Below are positions 27,948 to 38,184 of a stretch of DNA of 64,000 bases, one piece after another; the stretch's first letter is position 1, and each line of letters starts with the position of its first letter. Made by a program: the position numbers and the translations under genes. Source of the DNA: Candidatus Latescibacterota bacterium. GTDB taxonomy: Bacteria; Latescibacterota; UBA2968; UBA8231. Below the pieces are notes generated by a model. The model did no database searches, was not told where the DNA came from, and saw nothing but the letters and a program-made list of their open reading frames with translations. The stretch spans positions 4,576,001-4,640,000 of the forward strand of contig OY730476.1 in assembly GCA_963422735.1 (NCBI GenBank). Reading direction: 5' to 3'.

Positions 27948-28997
27948 ATGAGCACTCGCTATCGCCACATCGAAGTCAGCGGCCCACCGCGCGAGTTAGG
28001 CCGCCAGATTGGGGAGGCTGCCCGCGACGAAATTCGCGGCTTTGCCGCCATCGCCCTAGCGCGCGCCAACAAGACGGTGAGCGTCTCGTACGCTCGCGCC
28101 ATGGATATAAGCCGCCGGAGCATGGATTGCGCGGCTGCGTACGCGCCCGACATGCTCGACGAGTTGCGCGGCCTGAGCGAGGGTGCTGGCGTCGCACTCG
28201 ACGAAATGATGCTCTTGCAGGTGCGCAATCAGCTTTGCCCGGAGGAGGACGCGGCTTGCACGGGCTTTGCCATCGCCCCCAAGCGCAGCGCCGAGGGCCG
28301 GGCGATTGCAGCCCAGAACTGGGACAACGACCCCGCGCTGGACCCCTTCACCATCGTGCTGACGCGCCGCCCGGCTGGCAAGCCCGCGCTGATGAACGTC
28401 ACCCAAGCGGGCCTCATCGCCTACATCGGCTGCAACGACGCCGGCATGGGCGTTTGCATGAACACCCTGCCGGCCCCCAGCCGTCCGGTTGGCGTCCCAC
28501 ATTACTTTGCCGTGCGCGCCATCTACGAACAGACCTCGCTCAGCGGTGCGGTCGCCGCAGTGCGCCGGGCCGTGCGCGCCATTCCCGGCAACATCCTCCT
28601 CGCCACCCCGCAGGGGCCGGCCGATCTCGAACTCACCTTGGGCCACGTCCACGTTTTGCGCGACGATGAGCTCGTCGTTCACACCAACCACTGCCTGCAC
28701 CCGGACCTTGCGCCGATCAACCGCGAATTTCCCGAACTGATTGAGTCCGGGCCGCGCCAGCGTCGTATCGAACAGTTGCTTGGCCCCGAGCCGCTCGTGA
28801 GCATGGCGCAAGTGCAAGAGGCCCTGCGCGACCACGACCGACACCCGCACTCTATCTGCCGCCACGTCAACGACCATCCGCAGACCGGCTTTTGGGCGAG
28901 CGTGTTTTCGGTGGTGATCGAGGCCGATCAAGGCCGCATGCACATCAGCCGTGGCAACCCCTGCACAGCCCCGTACGAAACGTATTCCCTCAACTGA
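27948..28997 (+). CDS. C45 family autoproteolytic Ntn hydrolase/acyltransferase
   Basis: ACTG nucleophile, AQNWD, GCNDAG, HTNH, GNPC. Confidence 0.85.
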   Translation: MSTRYRHIEVSGPPRELGRQIGEAARDEIRGFAAIALARANKTVSVSYARAMDISRRSMDCAAAYAPDMLDELRGLSEGAGVALDEMMLLQVRNQLCPEEDAACTGFAIAPKRSAEGRAIAAQNWDNDPALDPFTIVLTRRPAGKPALMNVTQAGLIAYIGCNDAGMGVCMNTLPAPSRPVGVPHYFAVRAIYEQTSLSGAVAAVRRAVRAIPGNILLATPQGPADLELTLGHVHVLRDDELVVHTNHCLHPDLAPINREFPELIESGPRQRRIEQLLGPEPLVSMAQVQEALRDHDRHPHSICRHVNDHPQTGFWASVFSVVIEADQGRMHISRGNPCTAPYETYSLN

Positions 28998-29008
28998 CAG
29001 GAGGCTCT

Positions 29009-30454
29009 ATGGGCACCCTGCATGGCACGATCATAGACGAAGTCGCCGGCGAACCGCTCGACGCTAAAGTGCATGTACTCACTGCCTCGGGCACCTTTTC
29101 TCATCCGCTGGGCTCCACGCTAAAGCGCGGCCCGGGTACGCCGTTTTTCTTTTGCGATGGCACGTTTGTCGCCGAGGGTAGCCGAGGGCGCACGGATGTG
29201 CTCGTCGAGCGCGGCACCGAGTACGAACCCTATCGCACAACGGTCGAGTTGCCGGCAAAGGGCCGCGTCGATTTGGAGATTCCACTGCGCCGCTGGTACT
29301 ACCCCCAAAAGGGCGCTTGGTATCCAGGCAACACGCACATTCACTACGACGAGAGGGAGACCCAGCCCGACGAGCGGCTTGGGATTGATTGCAGCGTCGA
29401 GGGGTATAATGTCACCTGCGTCAGCATCCTCGACCGCCGCCAACTGCCCTACGCATCCAACAAGTATCCCATTGGCGTGATGAACGAATTTACGACCGCC
29501 CATCACGTCCTCGATATCGGCGAGGAAAACCGCCACTACGGAGACCGCTCGCCGTGGGGATTTGGCTACGGCCACGTGATGCTGCTCAACATCCGCAATC
29601 TGGTTCAGCCCGTCAGCCGCGGCCACACCCTCGCCGGGCAATTCGACCCGGACTATCCGCCCTTGTGCTTTTGCTGCGACGAGGCCCGCGAGCAGGGCGG
29701 CTTGGTCATCTGGTGCCACAACGGCCGCGGCATGGAGGCTCCGGTGGCTGCCGCGCTCGGCAAGCTCGACGCCTTCAACCTATTCGATCCCTTTTGGATG
29801 GATCCGGAATACGACCTCTGGTACAAGCTCCTCAACTGCGGCCTGCGGCTGCCGGCCTCGACCGGCACGGATTGGTTTGTGTGCTCCAACAACCGCGTGT
29901 ACGTCCAAGTGGATGGAGAATTTTCGTATGCGCGCTGGATCGCGGGCATGAAACAGGGGCGGACTTTCATAACCAACGGCCCGGCTCTCCAGCTCGCACT
30001 CAACGGGCTTCCCATGGGAGATACTGTGGAATGCGGAAGCGGTACTGAGTTAGATGCCGAAGTGACCTTTAGTTCGTTTTATCCGCTTGAGCGTGCCGAG
30101 TTGGTGGTCAACGGCTCGGTAATCCAGCGCTGGGAATGGCCGGCTGGCCGGCGCGAGGGCGCGTTGCGCCACGGCTTCAGGGCCGAGCGCGACGGCTGGG
30201 TTGCCGCCCGCCTGTGGGGCGACTCGCGCGACAGCTTCGGCCAGTCCATATACGCGCATTCGAGTCCGAGCTATTTCCGCTGCGGCGCACCACCGGCTGA
30301 GCGCGAGGCGGACGCGCGTTTCTTCCTCCGCTCGCTCGACGAATCGCTCAAATGGATCGGCACGTACGGCCGCTACAGCAACGACCAGCAGCGCGAGGAT
30401 GTGCGGGAACTGTTCAGGAGGGGGCGCGAGGTGTACGCGGGGTTGACCGGCTGA
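29009..30454 (+). CDS. CehA/McbA-like PHP-fold metallohydrolase
   Basis: ERGTEY, GNTHIH, GEE, WYKLLNCG, STGTD, RVYV, GRTFITNGP, AHSSP. Confidence 0.8.
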   Translation: MGTLHGTIIDEVAGEPLDAKVHVLTASGTFSHPLGSTLKRGPGTPFFFCDGTFVAEGSRGRTDVLVERGTEYEPYRTTVELPAKGRVDLEIPLRRWYYPQKGAWYPGNTHIHYDERETQPDERLGIDCSVEGYNVTCVSILDRRQLPYASNKYPIGVMNEFTTAHHVLDIGEENRHYGDRSPWGFGYGHVMLLNIRNLVQPVSRGHTLAGQFDPDYPPLCFCCDEAREQGGLVIWCHNGRGMEAPVAAALGKLDAFNLFDPFWMDPEYDLWYKLLNCGLRLPASTGTDWFVCSNNRVYVQVDGEFSYARWIAGMKQGRTFITNGPALQLALNGLPMGDTVECGSGTELDAEVTFSSFYPLERAELVVNGSVIQRWEWPAGRREGALRHGFRAERDGWVAARLWGDSRDSFGQSIYAHSSPSYFRCGAPPAEREADARFFLRSLDESLKWIGTYGRYSNDQQREDVRELFRRGREVYAGLTG

Positions 30455-31244
30455 CCGGCCACCAAGCGCGGGTGATTTGGCCGAACTCGCGCGGCGTGAC
30501 TGTGTACACGGGTTTGTTCTTGATCTTCTTGCTCAGGCTGGAGAGGGCGGCTGCGGGGACGATCTGCTGGACGCGCGCTTGGCGGCGGGCAAAGAGGTTT
30601 TCCAAGACCTGCCGGAAGAAATCCTCGGACGGCACGGCGAACTTGGGCTTGGTGCGCTTGATGAGCACGAGCGCGCTCTCGACTTCGGGGCGAGGGGAAA
30701 AGGCGTCTTTGCCCACCTGCTCGATCCACTCTACTTGGGCCAGCCGCCCAACGGCGACTCCGATCCGACAATAGCCCTGTTGGCCGACGGTGGCGCACAG
30801 CCGCTTGGCCAGTCGCTTGGGCAACATGAGTACGGCCCGCTCGAATCGCTGGTTTAGCAGCTTGAATACAATTGGCAGAGCCACTTGATACGGCAGGTTG
30901 GCCACCGCCTTGTCAAAGCGCGGAAAATCCACGGCCAACGCATCGCCCCATAGTACCTTTAGATGCCCGTACCGCCGCTGCAATTCCTTTAGACACGGAG
31001 CGAACTGGCGGTCTTGCTCCACCGCCACGACCCGTCCGGCTCTTTCCAACAGCAACTGCGTCAGATTGCCGATTCCGGCCCCGATCTCCAGCACCATATC
31101 CCCGGCCGCAATGTCGGCACAAGCCACTTCCCGGCGCAGGACAGCGTCGTCGGTGAGGAAGTTTTGGCCGCGATTTTTCTTGGAGTAGCGGGTTAGGCTA
31201 TGATTTATGGGATTTGTGGATGGCCTTGATTTTTTTGCTTGCAT
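30414..31244 (-). CDS. rsmA: 16S rRNA adenine dimethyltransferase (RsmA/KsgA/Dim1 family), divergent; start uncertain
   Basis: GQNFL, VLEIGAGIG, GDAL, ANLPY, FSPRPEVES. Confidence 0.75.
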   Translation of the reverse strand: MQAKKSRPSTNPINHSLTRYSKKNRGQNFLTDDAVLRREVACADIAAGDMVLEIGAGIGNLTQLLLERAGRVVAVEQDRQFAPCLKELQRRYGHLKVLWGDALAVDFPRFDKAVANLPYQVALPIVFKLLNQRFERAVLMLPKRLAKRLCATVGQQGYCRIGVAVGRLAQVEWIEQVGKDAFSPRPEVESALVLIKRTKPKFAVPSEDFFRQVLENLFARRQARVQQIVPAAALSSLSKKIKNKPVYTVTPREFGQITRAWWPVSRSTPRTPRAPS

Positions 31245-31612
31245 TCTCTTTGAGTTGAAAGCTTCTAGCACCAAAGTTGATAAGCAGTCCCACCGCTAGA
31301 TTGCATGCTCTAAGCAGTTAATGCCTGTGCCAAATGCACATCTTCGAGTTGAATGACGGCTTTCAATTCAACCGAAATGTTGTCGCCTACCAGAAAATCC
31401 ACTCGTCTTGTACCTATATGTTGCCTTTTGTAATAGATCGGCATCTCATGATCGCGGCTAAAGGAAAGTCCTCGATCGTTCATCTCGATTGCCAATGCTC
31501 TCTGATATATCACTTCCTGAAACCCATTTCCCAGAGCAGAATGAACCCTCATCGCACATCCAATAACTTCACCCGTTATTTCCGAATACCGATACTCCTT
31601 TTTAATTACAGT
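31198..31612 (-). pseudogene. GxxExxY family protein (PD-(D/E)xK-like), frameshifted near the C-terminus
   Basis: VHSALGNGFQEVIYQRAL, RVDFLV, VELKA, HLAQA, then out-of-frame GLLINFGA. Confidence 0.85.
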
Positions 31613-31646
31613 AATCCCCAAATCGTACAAATCACAGTCCAGATTC

Positions 31647-32582
31647 CTAGTGCGCCAAAAGCCGCTCGGCCTCGATCGCGGCCATACATCCGGTGCCAGC
31701 CGCAGTGACGGCTTGTCGGTACACGGAGTCCTGCACATCGCCGCAGGCGAAAACCCCGGGGATCGCCGTGGCGGTCGAATCCGGCTCGGTGAGGATGTAG
31801 CCCTGCTCGTTCATGGCCAACGCGCCCTCGAAAAGCTGGGAGTTGGGCACGTGGCCGATGGCAACGAAGACGCCGTCGCAGGAGAATTCTCGCGTCTGGC
31901 TGGTGTGGGTGTCGCGCAGCAGCACCCCGCGCACGGCTAGCTCGCCCTCGGTTTGCAAAATTTCGGCGATTGTGGCGTTGATCACGAAGTCGATCTTGTC
32001 GTTGTCCTGCGCGCGCTTGAGCATGATTTTGGACGCGCGAAACTCGTCGCGGCGGTGGACGATGGTGACCTTGGAGGCGAATTTTGTCAGGTAGGTCCCT
32101 TCTTCCATGGCCGAGTCGCCGCCGCCGACGACGACTAGCTCCTTGTCGCGGAAGAAAAAGCCATCGCAGGTGGCGCAGGCCGAGACTCCGTGCCCCATCA
32201 ATAGCCGCTCGGATTCCAAGCCAAGGAGGCGCGCCGACGCTCCGGTGGCAATGATCAGTGCGTCGCAGGTGTACTGGGAGTCGTCGCTTTCAACGGTGAA
32301 GGGCCGCTTGGACAAATCGACCGCAGTGACGGTCTCGAACTTGCACTCGGCCCCAAAGTGCTGTGCCTGCTGGCGCATCAGATCGACAAGTTCTGGCCCC
32401 ATGATGCCGTCGGGGAAGCCTGGGTAGTTTTCTACGTCCGTGGTAATGGTTAGCTGGCCGCCCGGCTGCAAGCCCTCTAGGACTAGTGGGGATAGGTCGG
32501 CTCTGGCCGCGTACAGGGCGGCGGTCAGTCCGGCCGGACCCGAGCCGACGATGACGACCTTGTAGGGGTGATTCGCGCTCAT
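31647..32582 (-). CDS. trxB: Thioredoxin-disulfide reductase
   Basis: [47 protein letters not shown]. Confidence 0.97.
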   Translation of the reverse strand: MSANHPYKVVIVGSGPAGLTAALYAARADLSPLVLEGLQPGGQLTITTDVENYPGFPDGIMGPELVDLMRQQAQHFGAECKFETVTAVDLSKRPFTVESDDSQYTCDALIIATGASARLLGLESERLLMGHGVSACATCDGFFFRDKELVVVGGGDSAMEEGTYLTKFASKVTIVHRRDEFRASKIMLKRAQDNDKIDFVINATIAEILQTEGELAVRGVLLRDTHTSQTREFSCDGVFVAIGHVPNSQLFEGALAMNEQGYILTEPDSTATAIPGVFACGDVQDSVYRQAVTAAGTGCMAAIEAERLLAH

Positions 32583-32596
32583 TGTTCTCCTTTTAT

Positions 32597-33553
32597 TTAG
32601 ACGATGAGACTCAAAAGTTGTCTGCCCTCCAACCCGGCCAGCAGGTTGCCCACCGACCGCTCGGCCATGGCTTGGCGCGTCTGATGCGTCGCGCTGCCTA
32701 GGTGGGGTATGATGACGACGTTGTCCAGCACTAGGAGAGGGTGGTCGCGGGGCAGGGGTTCGGGTTCGGTTACGTCGAGGGCGGCAGCGTGGAGGCCGCC
32801 GCTTTGCAGGGTTTCCAACAGCGCGTCGTGATCGACGACGCCCCCGCGTGCGGCGTTGACCAGCACGGCCGACTTCTTCATCAGGCCCAACTCGCGCCGG
32901 CCAATCATCCCCCGCGTCTGATTGGTCAGCGGCATGTTCAAGGCCACAAAATCCGCCTGCTGGAGCAGCTCGTCTAGGCCGACATAGCGCGCTTGAAGGT
33001 CGGCTTCGGCCTTGGGGTTGCGATGGCGGTTGTGGTACAAGATGGTCATGTCGAAGGCCAGTGCGCGGCGCGCTACTTGGTAGCCGATGCTGCCCAGCCC
33101 GATGATGCCGAGGACTTGATGGTGTACCTCCTGCCCTAGCATGAAGCTCGGATCGTAGGCCACAAAATCCGGGCCGCGGGCAAAGCGGTCGCCTTGGATA
33201 AGGTTGCGCGCCGCGGCCAAGAGGAGAGCGAAGGTCATATCGGCCGTTGCGCCGTCGAGAACGTTGGGCGTGTTGCCTACGGGGATGCCGCGCTCTTGGG
33301 CGGCTTGAAGGTCGATGTGATCGACGCCCACGCCGAAGTTGCTGATGACGCGGAGTTCGGGCATGAGATCCATATATTCGGCTGTGAAGGAGTAGTGGCC
33401 GTAGTTGTACACTCCTTCGATTGTGCGGAGGAGTTCGGCCGGGGGCTGCGGGTGCAGCGGATTCCAGCGCACGATCTCGGCGCGTACTTCGATCATGGGG
33501 ATGATGGTATGATACGGTTCGATTTCCGAACGGATCAAGACTTTGTAGGGCAT
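32597..33553 (-). CDS. D-2-hydroxyacid dehydrogenase (glyoxylate reductase-like)
   Basis: [36 protein letters not shown]. Confidence 0.92.
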   Translation of the reverse strand: MPYKVLIRSEIEPYHTIIPMIEVRAEIVRWNPLHPQPPAELLRTIEGVYNYGHYSFTAEYMDLMPELRVISNFGVGVDHIDLQAAQERGIPVGNTPNVLDGATADMTFALLLAAARNLIQGDRFARGPDFVAYDPSFMLGQEVHHQVLGIIGLGSIGYQVARRALAFDMTILYHNRHRNPKAEADLQARYVGLDELLQQADFVALNMPLTNQTRGMIGRRELGLMKKSAVLVNAARGGVVDHDALLETLQSGGLHAAALDVTEPEPLPRDHPLLVLDNVVIIPHLGSATHQTRQAMAERSVGNLLAGLEGRQLLSLIV

Positions 33554-33595
33554 TTTTGTTCTCGAAATAAAGTAAAAAATAGCTATCCACATCAG

Positions 33596-33803
33596 CTAGC
33601 TGTTGACGCAACTCAGATTGGCTGATTTCCAGATACGCGGCAACGCAACGTGCCAACTTTTAGCTGGCTATGACGCGGGATTGATACGTGATGTTCCGGC
33701 CCTTTTATTGTATATGGCTGCCCTTCTGCCCGACGACCCGGTGAGCATAGCGACGATACAGTAGTCGGCCAGTTCATCACCGGACATATCCCTAAGGGAT
33801 CAT
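33596..33803 (-). pseudogene. HicA-like toxin, multiply frameshifted
   Basis: Fragments [44 protein letters not shown] in different frames. Confidence 0.7.
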
Positions 33804-33996
33804 CACACGGCAACGACCTCGTCCTTTACCAGATGCAGTCTGAGTCGCCGTCGAAATGGCACAGCACGGCGTCTTGAGCCCTTCGCTTCAGGGCTTCCCA
33901 CGAGTCGGCTTGGATAATAATGTCGCATCCTACTGCTGCGGCGTAGTAGCCGCCCTCCTCAGCTTCGTGGACTTCAAAAACTACTTCGTTTGGCAT
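33803..33996 (-). pseudogene. HicB-like antitoxin, frameshifted
   Basis: MPNEVVFEVHEAEEGGYYA…QADSWEAL…DAVLCHFD, then out-of-frame RLHLVKDEVVAV*. Confidence 0.75.
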
Positions 33997-34192
33997 AATC
34001 AGACATCCTAAAGAAACGCGCCATTGGAGAGTAAGATTTCAGGAACTTCTGAGCAAGCCTGACGAGGTTTAGGAGATCCTACACGGCGGGGATAGACCAA
34101 ACGAGTCGGGGCAGGCGTGAAAGAAGTCTTGACGCAAGGACACCGGTGGCCGACGTTGAAAAACCTTTCCAGTCCTTTCAAGACGAGGTCCT

Positions 34193-34942
34193 ATGCTGAT
34201 TGCACATCCCAAAGGACACTACCGCTTTCTCCAGGGCATTGACCCCTATTCCTGTGGCGTCGTCGCTGAGCCGGGCTGGGAAATTGTCCGCGTCGTGCTC
34301 GCCGAGCCGCTACCTTGGCGAGAGGGCTTTGAGCGCGTGGATGCGTATCTGGCGGCGGAAGGGTGCGACCGCGTCTCTCTCTGCGCGATGGAATTGCGCT
34401 CGCCCGCGCCCTTTACCATGCAGGGGTTTATCGACTTCAACCGCGATTACTGCGCTGTCCTCCGGGCGTGGGGTTTGTACGTGGACGAGCTCAATCCGGT
34501 GGCCCGTACTAACGTCGCGCCGGCGTGCGATCCGCCGTCTGTGCCTTCGCTGTACGCCTTTTCCTACGCGGTTTTCAACGACCAGATTGATCGCAAAACC
34601 CTGATCGTGGCTGGTGCCGGCGAGTTGCGGGGGGGGCGCCTCGTGGCTGAGAGGATTATCCGCTCGGGAGACACTTCGCCCGATGCTCTGCGCGAGAAGG
34701 CCGCTTATGTGGCACAGGTCATGGGCGAGCGGCTCGCGGGCCTCGGCGGGGCTTGGGATCTGATCGACGCGGTTGACGTGTACACCATCTACCCCTTAGC
34801 GGAAGTACTCGAAGAGATTCTCCTGCCGACGATGGGCACGGCGCGGCGATGCGGCATCTGTTGGCACTATGCCCGGCCGCCGGTAGTCGATATCGACTTT
34901 GAGATGGATCTGCACGGCGTGGTCTCGCGGCGGATTGTCTAA
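34193..34942 (+). CDS. CnbZ-like (2-aminomuconate deaminase-like, RidA fold) protein
   Basis: YRF..GIDPYSCGV, ELRSPAPF, NPVARTNV, RPPV…EMD. Confidence 0.7.
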   Translation: MLIAHPKGHYRFLQGIDPYSCGVVAEPGWEIVRVVLAEPLPWREGFERVDAYLAAEGCDRVSLCAMELRSPAPFTMQGFIDFNRDYCAVLRAWGLYVDELNPVARTNVAPACDPPSVPSLYAFSYAVFNDQIDRKTLIVAGAGELRGGRLVAERIIRSGDTSPDALREKAAYVAQVMGERLAGLGGAWDLIDAVDVYTIYPLAEVLEEILLPTMGTARRCGICWHYARPPVVDIDFEMDLHGVVSRRIV

Positions 34943-35658
34943 GGCCGCCAGCACCAGCCCCGCATCTGCCAATCCACGCCAGCCCCGCACAAAGCCGCCA
35001 CGTATCCGTCTGCCGGTTCCAAAGCCGCCAACTTCCAGCGCCCCACCTCGTCCTGCCCCTCGTCCGAGCGCAAAAGCGCGGCCTCCGCTCCCAGCGACAT
35101 CGCAAAGGTGTCGAGGCCAGCGGCCAAGCCGTCGCCCCGCGCCTTGACATAGGCTTCCTTGCGCGTCCAGATGTTGTAAAAAGCCGCCCGCCGCTCCTCG
35201 ACCGGCATCTGCGCCAGCGCCTCCTGCTCCTCTATGGAAAAGAAACGCGCGGCGATTTGCTCGTGCGCGACTTGGGGCCGCATCCACTCCACATCGACGC
35301 CAACCTCGCGGGTGCGCGCTATCGCGTACAGAGCCAGTTCGTGGGTATGGGACACGTTGAAATGCAGCGTCCCCTCTTGCAGAAAAGGCTTGCCGTGTGC
35401 GCCGCGCGAAAAAACCACCGCGCCGGGAGCTTGATCGAGGTACCGCCCCAAGATCTGACGCAGCATGGCCCGCGCCACCACAAAGCGCCGCTGATAGGCA
35501 CCAGAGAGCAAGCCGCGCGCCCGCTCGCGCTCGTTTGCGCTGAGATAAGCCGCGAGCGCGGCCGCCTCACCGACCCTGTCTAACTCGACGCACCAGACGT
35601 GGATTTCATCGTCGCTGAGCCGAGGCCAGCCCGACGGGGTTTCCCAAGCAATAGTCAT
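34939..35658 (-). CDS. Sfp-type 4'-phosphopantetheinyl transferase
   Basis: HGKP, FNVSHT, VGVDVE, WTRKEAYVKARG. Confidence 0.92.
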   Translation of the reverse strand: MTIAWETPSGWPRLSDDEIHVWCVELDRVGEAAALAAYLSANERERARGLLSGAYQRRFVVARAMLRQILGRYLDQAPGAVVFSRGAHGKPFLQEGTLHFNVSHTHELALYAIARTREVGVDVEWMRPQVAHEQIAARFFSIEEQEALAQMPVEERRAAFYNIWTRKEAYVKARGDGLAAGLDTFAMSLGAEAALLRSDEGQDEVGRWKLAALEPADGYVAALCGAGVDWQMRGWCWRP

Positions 35659-35772
35659 CAAAGGTTCACTTGACGCCGCAGTTGATCGCATTCAGATTAA
35701 GACGAATTAGAAATTGCGAATTTTCTGCAAGCACTTAATCCATCCAATCCAATAATAAAAAAGGAATGCCTC

Positions 35773-38081
35773 ATGGCTGTCTTTTCCAGCAAAGACTATC
35801 CCAACTACACAGCCGATGGCAAGTACAAGGTCATCGGCACCCGCCCCATCCGCCACGACGGCGTCGATAAGGTCACCGGCGCAGCCGTGTACGGGGCCGA
35901 CGTGCGCCTGCCGGGCCTGCTCTACGGCAAGGTCCTCCGCAGCCCGCACCCCCACGCCGAGATTATCTCGATCGACACCTCCAAGGCCCTCGCGCTCGAC
36001 GGAGTGCGCGCCGTGGCCACGGCCGACGACTTGGTCGAGACCGTAGATAAGCTGTCGCACATTGGCGAAACGACGGTCAATGTGCGCGAGATCGCCAAAA
36101 ACTCGCTGGCCTCGGACAAGGTGCTCTATACTGGCCACGCGGTCGCGGCCGTCTGCGCGGTCAGTCCCCACATCGCCGAAGAGGCTCTCGACCTAATTGA
36201 GGTCGAATACAAGGTCTTGGAGCCGGTCGTCGATATCCGCGAGGCCATGCGCGACGACGCCCCGCTCCTCGACGAAGAGCGCACCACGCGCGCCCTCGGC
36301 GAAGACACAGGCAAGAAGAGCAATATCGCCACCCACAATCAGCACGCCATGGGCGATCTCGAAGCGGGCTTTGCCGCGGCCGACGTAGTCATAGAGCGCG
36401 AATTTCACACAGCCACCATTCACCAGGGCTACATCGAGCCGCACAACACGACCGTCTGGTGGAAGACGGACGGCAGCGTCACTGTGTGGGTGAGCACGCA
36501 AGGGCCTTTTGAGATCCGCTCGCAGGTCGCGGAAGTCCTCAACGTTCCGGTCTCCAAGGTCAAAGTTATTCCCTGCGAGATCGGCGGCGGTTTCGGCGGC
36601 AAGTTCCCCACCTATATGGAGCCAGCCGCGGCCATTATGTCGCACAAAACCGGCCAGCCGGTCAAAATGATCATGAGCCGCACCGAGGTCTTTCAGGGGA
36701 CTGGCCCGGCTCCCGGCTCCTATATCAAGGTTAAGATGGGGGCCAAAAACGACGGCACCATCACGGCGGCCCACTGCGACATGGCCTACGAGGCCGGGGC
36801 CTATCCCGGCTCGGCCGTGGGGCGGGGGCGTCGTGCATCCTCGCGCCGTACCACATCGCCAACGTCACCATCGACGCGTACGACGTGGTCGTCAACAAGC
36901 CCAAGTCCTCGGCCTACCGCGCGCCCGGAGCACCCAACGCAGCCTTTGCCTCTGAGAGCGTCATCGACGAGTTGGCCGAGAAGATCGGCATAGATCCGCT
37001 GGAGATGCGGTTAAAGAATGCTGCTAGAGAGGGGACGCGCCGCGCCGACGGCACGGTGTACGGTCAGATCGGCTGCGAGGAAACCGTGCAAGCCGCCAAG
37101 GACTCGGAGCACTACCACAGCAAGCTCGACGGCCCCTATCGGGGGCGCGGCGTGGCCGGTGGCTTTTGGTTCAACGGCGGCGGGATGTCTTCGGCCGCCA
37201 TTGCTGTCAACGACAATGGTACGATCAACCTCACCGAAGGCTCGGTTGACATCGGCGGCAGCCGCGCCTCCATGGCGATGATTGTCGCCGAGACCTTGGG
37301 ACTGCGGGCCGAGGACATCAACCCCTCCATCCCGGACACCAGCTCGATTGGCTTCACCAGCGGCACCGGCGGCAGCCGCGTGTGTTATGCCACCGGCCAC
37401 GCTTGTTACAACGCGGCCGAGGACGTCAAGGCCGAGATGTGCCGGCGCGCCGCTCGGCAGCTAGAGGTTGCCGAGGACGACGTCGAGTTCGAGGACGGCA
37501 ACTTTGTCTGCAAATCCGATCCCGCTCAGCGGCTCACCTTTGCGGAGGTCGCCGCCAGCCAGGGCAGCACCGGCGGTCCGATCACCGGCAAGGGTACGAT
37601 TAACGCCGGCGGCCCAGGCAACGCCTTCGCCGTTCACGTCGTCGATGTGGAGGTCGATCCAGACACCGGCAAGGTCGAGATTTTGCGCTACACCGCGGTC
37701 CAAGACGTGGGTAAGGCCATCCATCCCTCGTATGTCGAGGGCCAGATCCAGGGCGGGGCCGTGCAGGGCATTGGCTGGGCGCTCTCGGAGGGCTACTTCT
37801 ACACGGCCGATGGCCAGATGGCCAACCCGACCTTCCTCGACTATCGGATGCCGACTACCTTTGACATTCCCTTGATCGAGACGATTTTGGTCGAAGTGCC
37901 CAATCCGGCCAGCCCGCACGGAATCCGCGGCGTCGGCGAAGTGCCCTTGGTGCCGCCGATGGCTGCCATTGCCAACGCCATATACGACGCTATGGGTTGC
38001 CGCTTGGGCGAGTTGCCCATGAGTCCAGACAGGGTCGTCGCTGCCTTGCAGGAGAATCAACTCGTGGAGGCGGCCGGCTGA
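35773..38081 (+). CDS. Xanthine dehydrogenase-family molybdopterin subunit with one frameshift near 36820
   Basis: DKVTG, HQGYIEPH, GGGFGGK, AYRAPG, EGQIQGG, RGVGE. Adding one G at the G-run 36819-36822 joins both ORFs (SAVGAGASCILAPY). Confidence 0.85.
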
Positions 38082-38184
38082 GGGGCCGTTGCAGGGTCGT
38101 CCGCTCGTGCCCGGTTCCTAAGTGGGAGCCGGGCGCTTCTATATGCGCCCGTGGTTCGACAAGGGGCACCCCTACGGTACTATT

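Noticed and set aside
27948-28997. Beta-lactam biosynthesis (isopenicillin N acyltransferase)
   Set aside because: The C45 family is broad and no ACV synthetase or IPNS gene is nearby.
31647-33656. 669-aa ORF suggesting an N-terminally extended or fused TrxB
   Set aside because: The extension is an Arg/Pro-rich off-frame read through the dehydrogenase gene and HicA tail; trxB has its own AAGGAG RBS and ATG at 32582.
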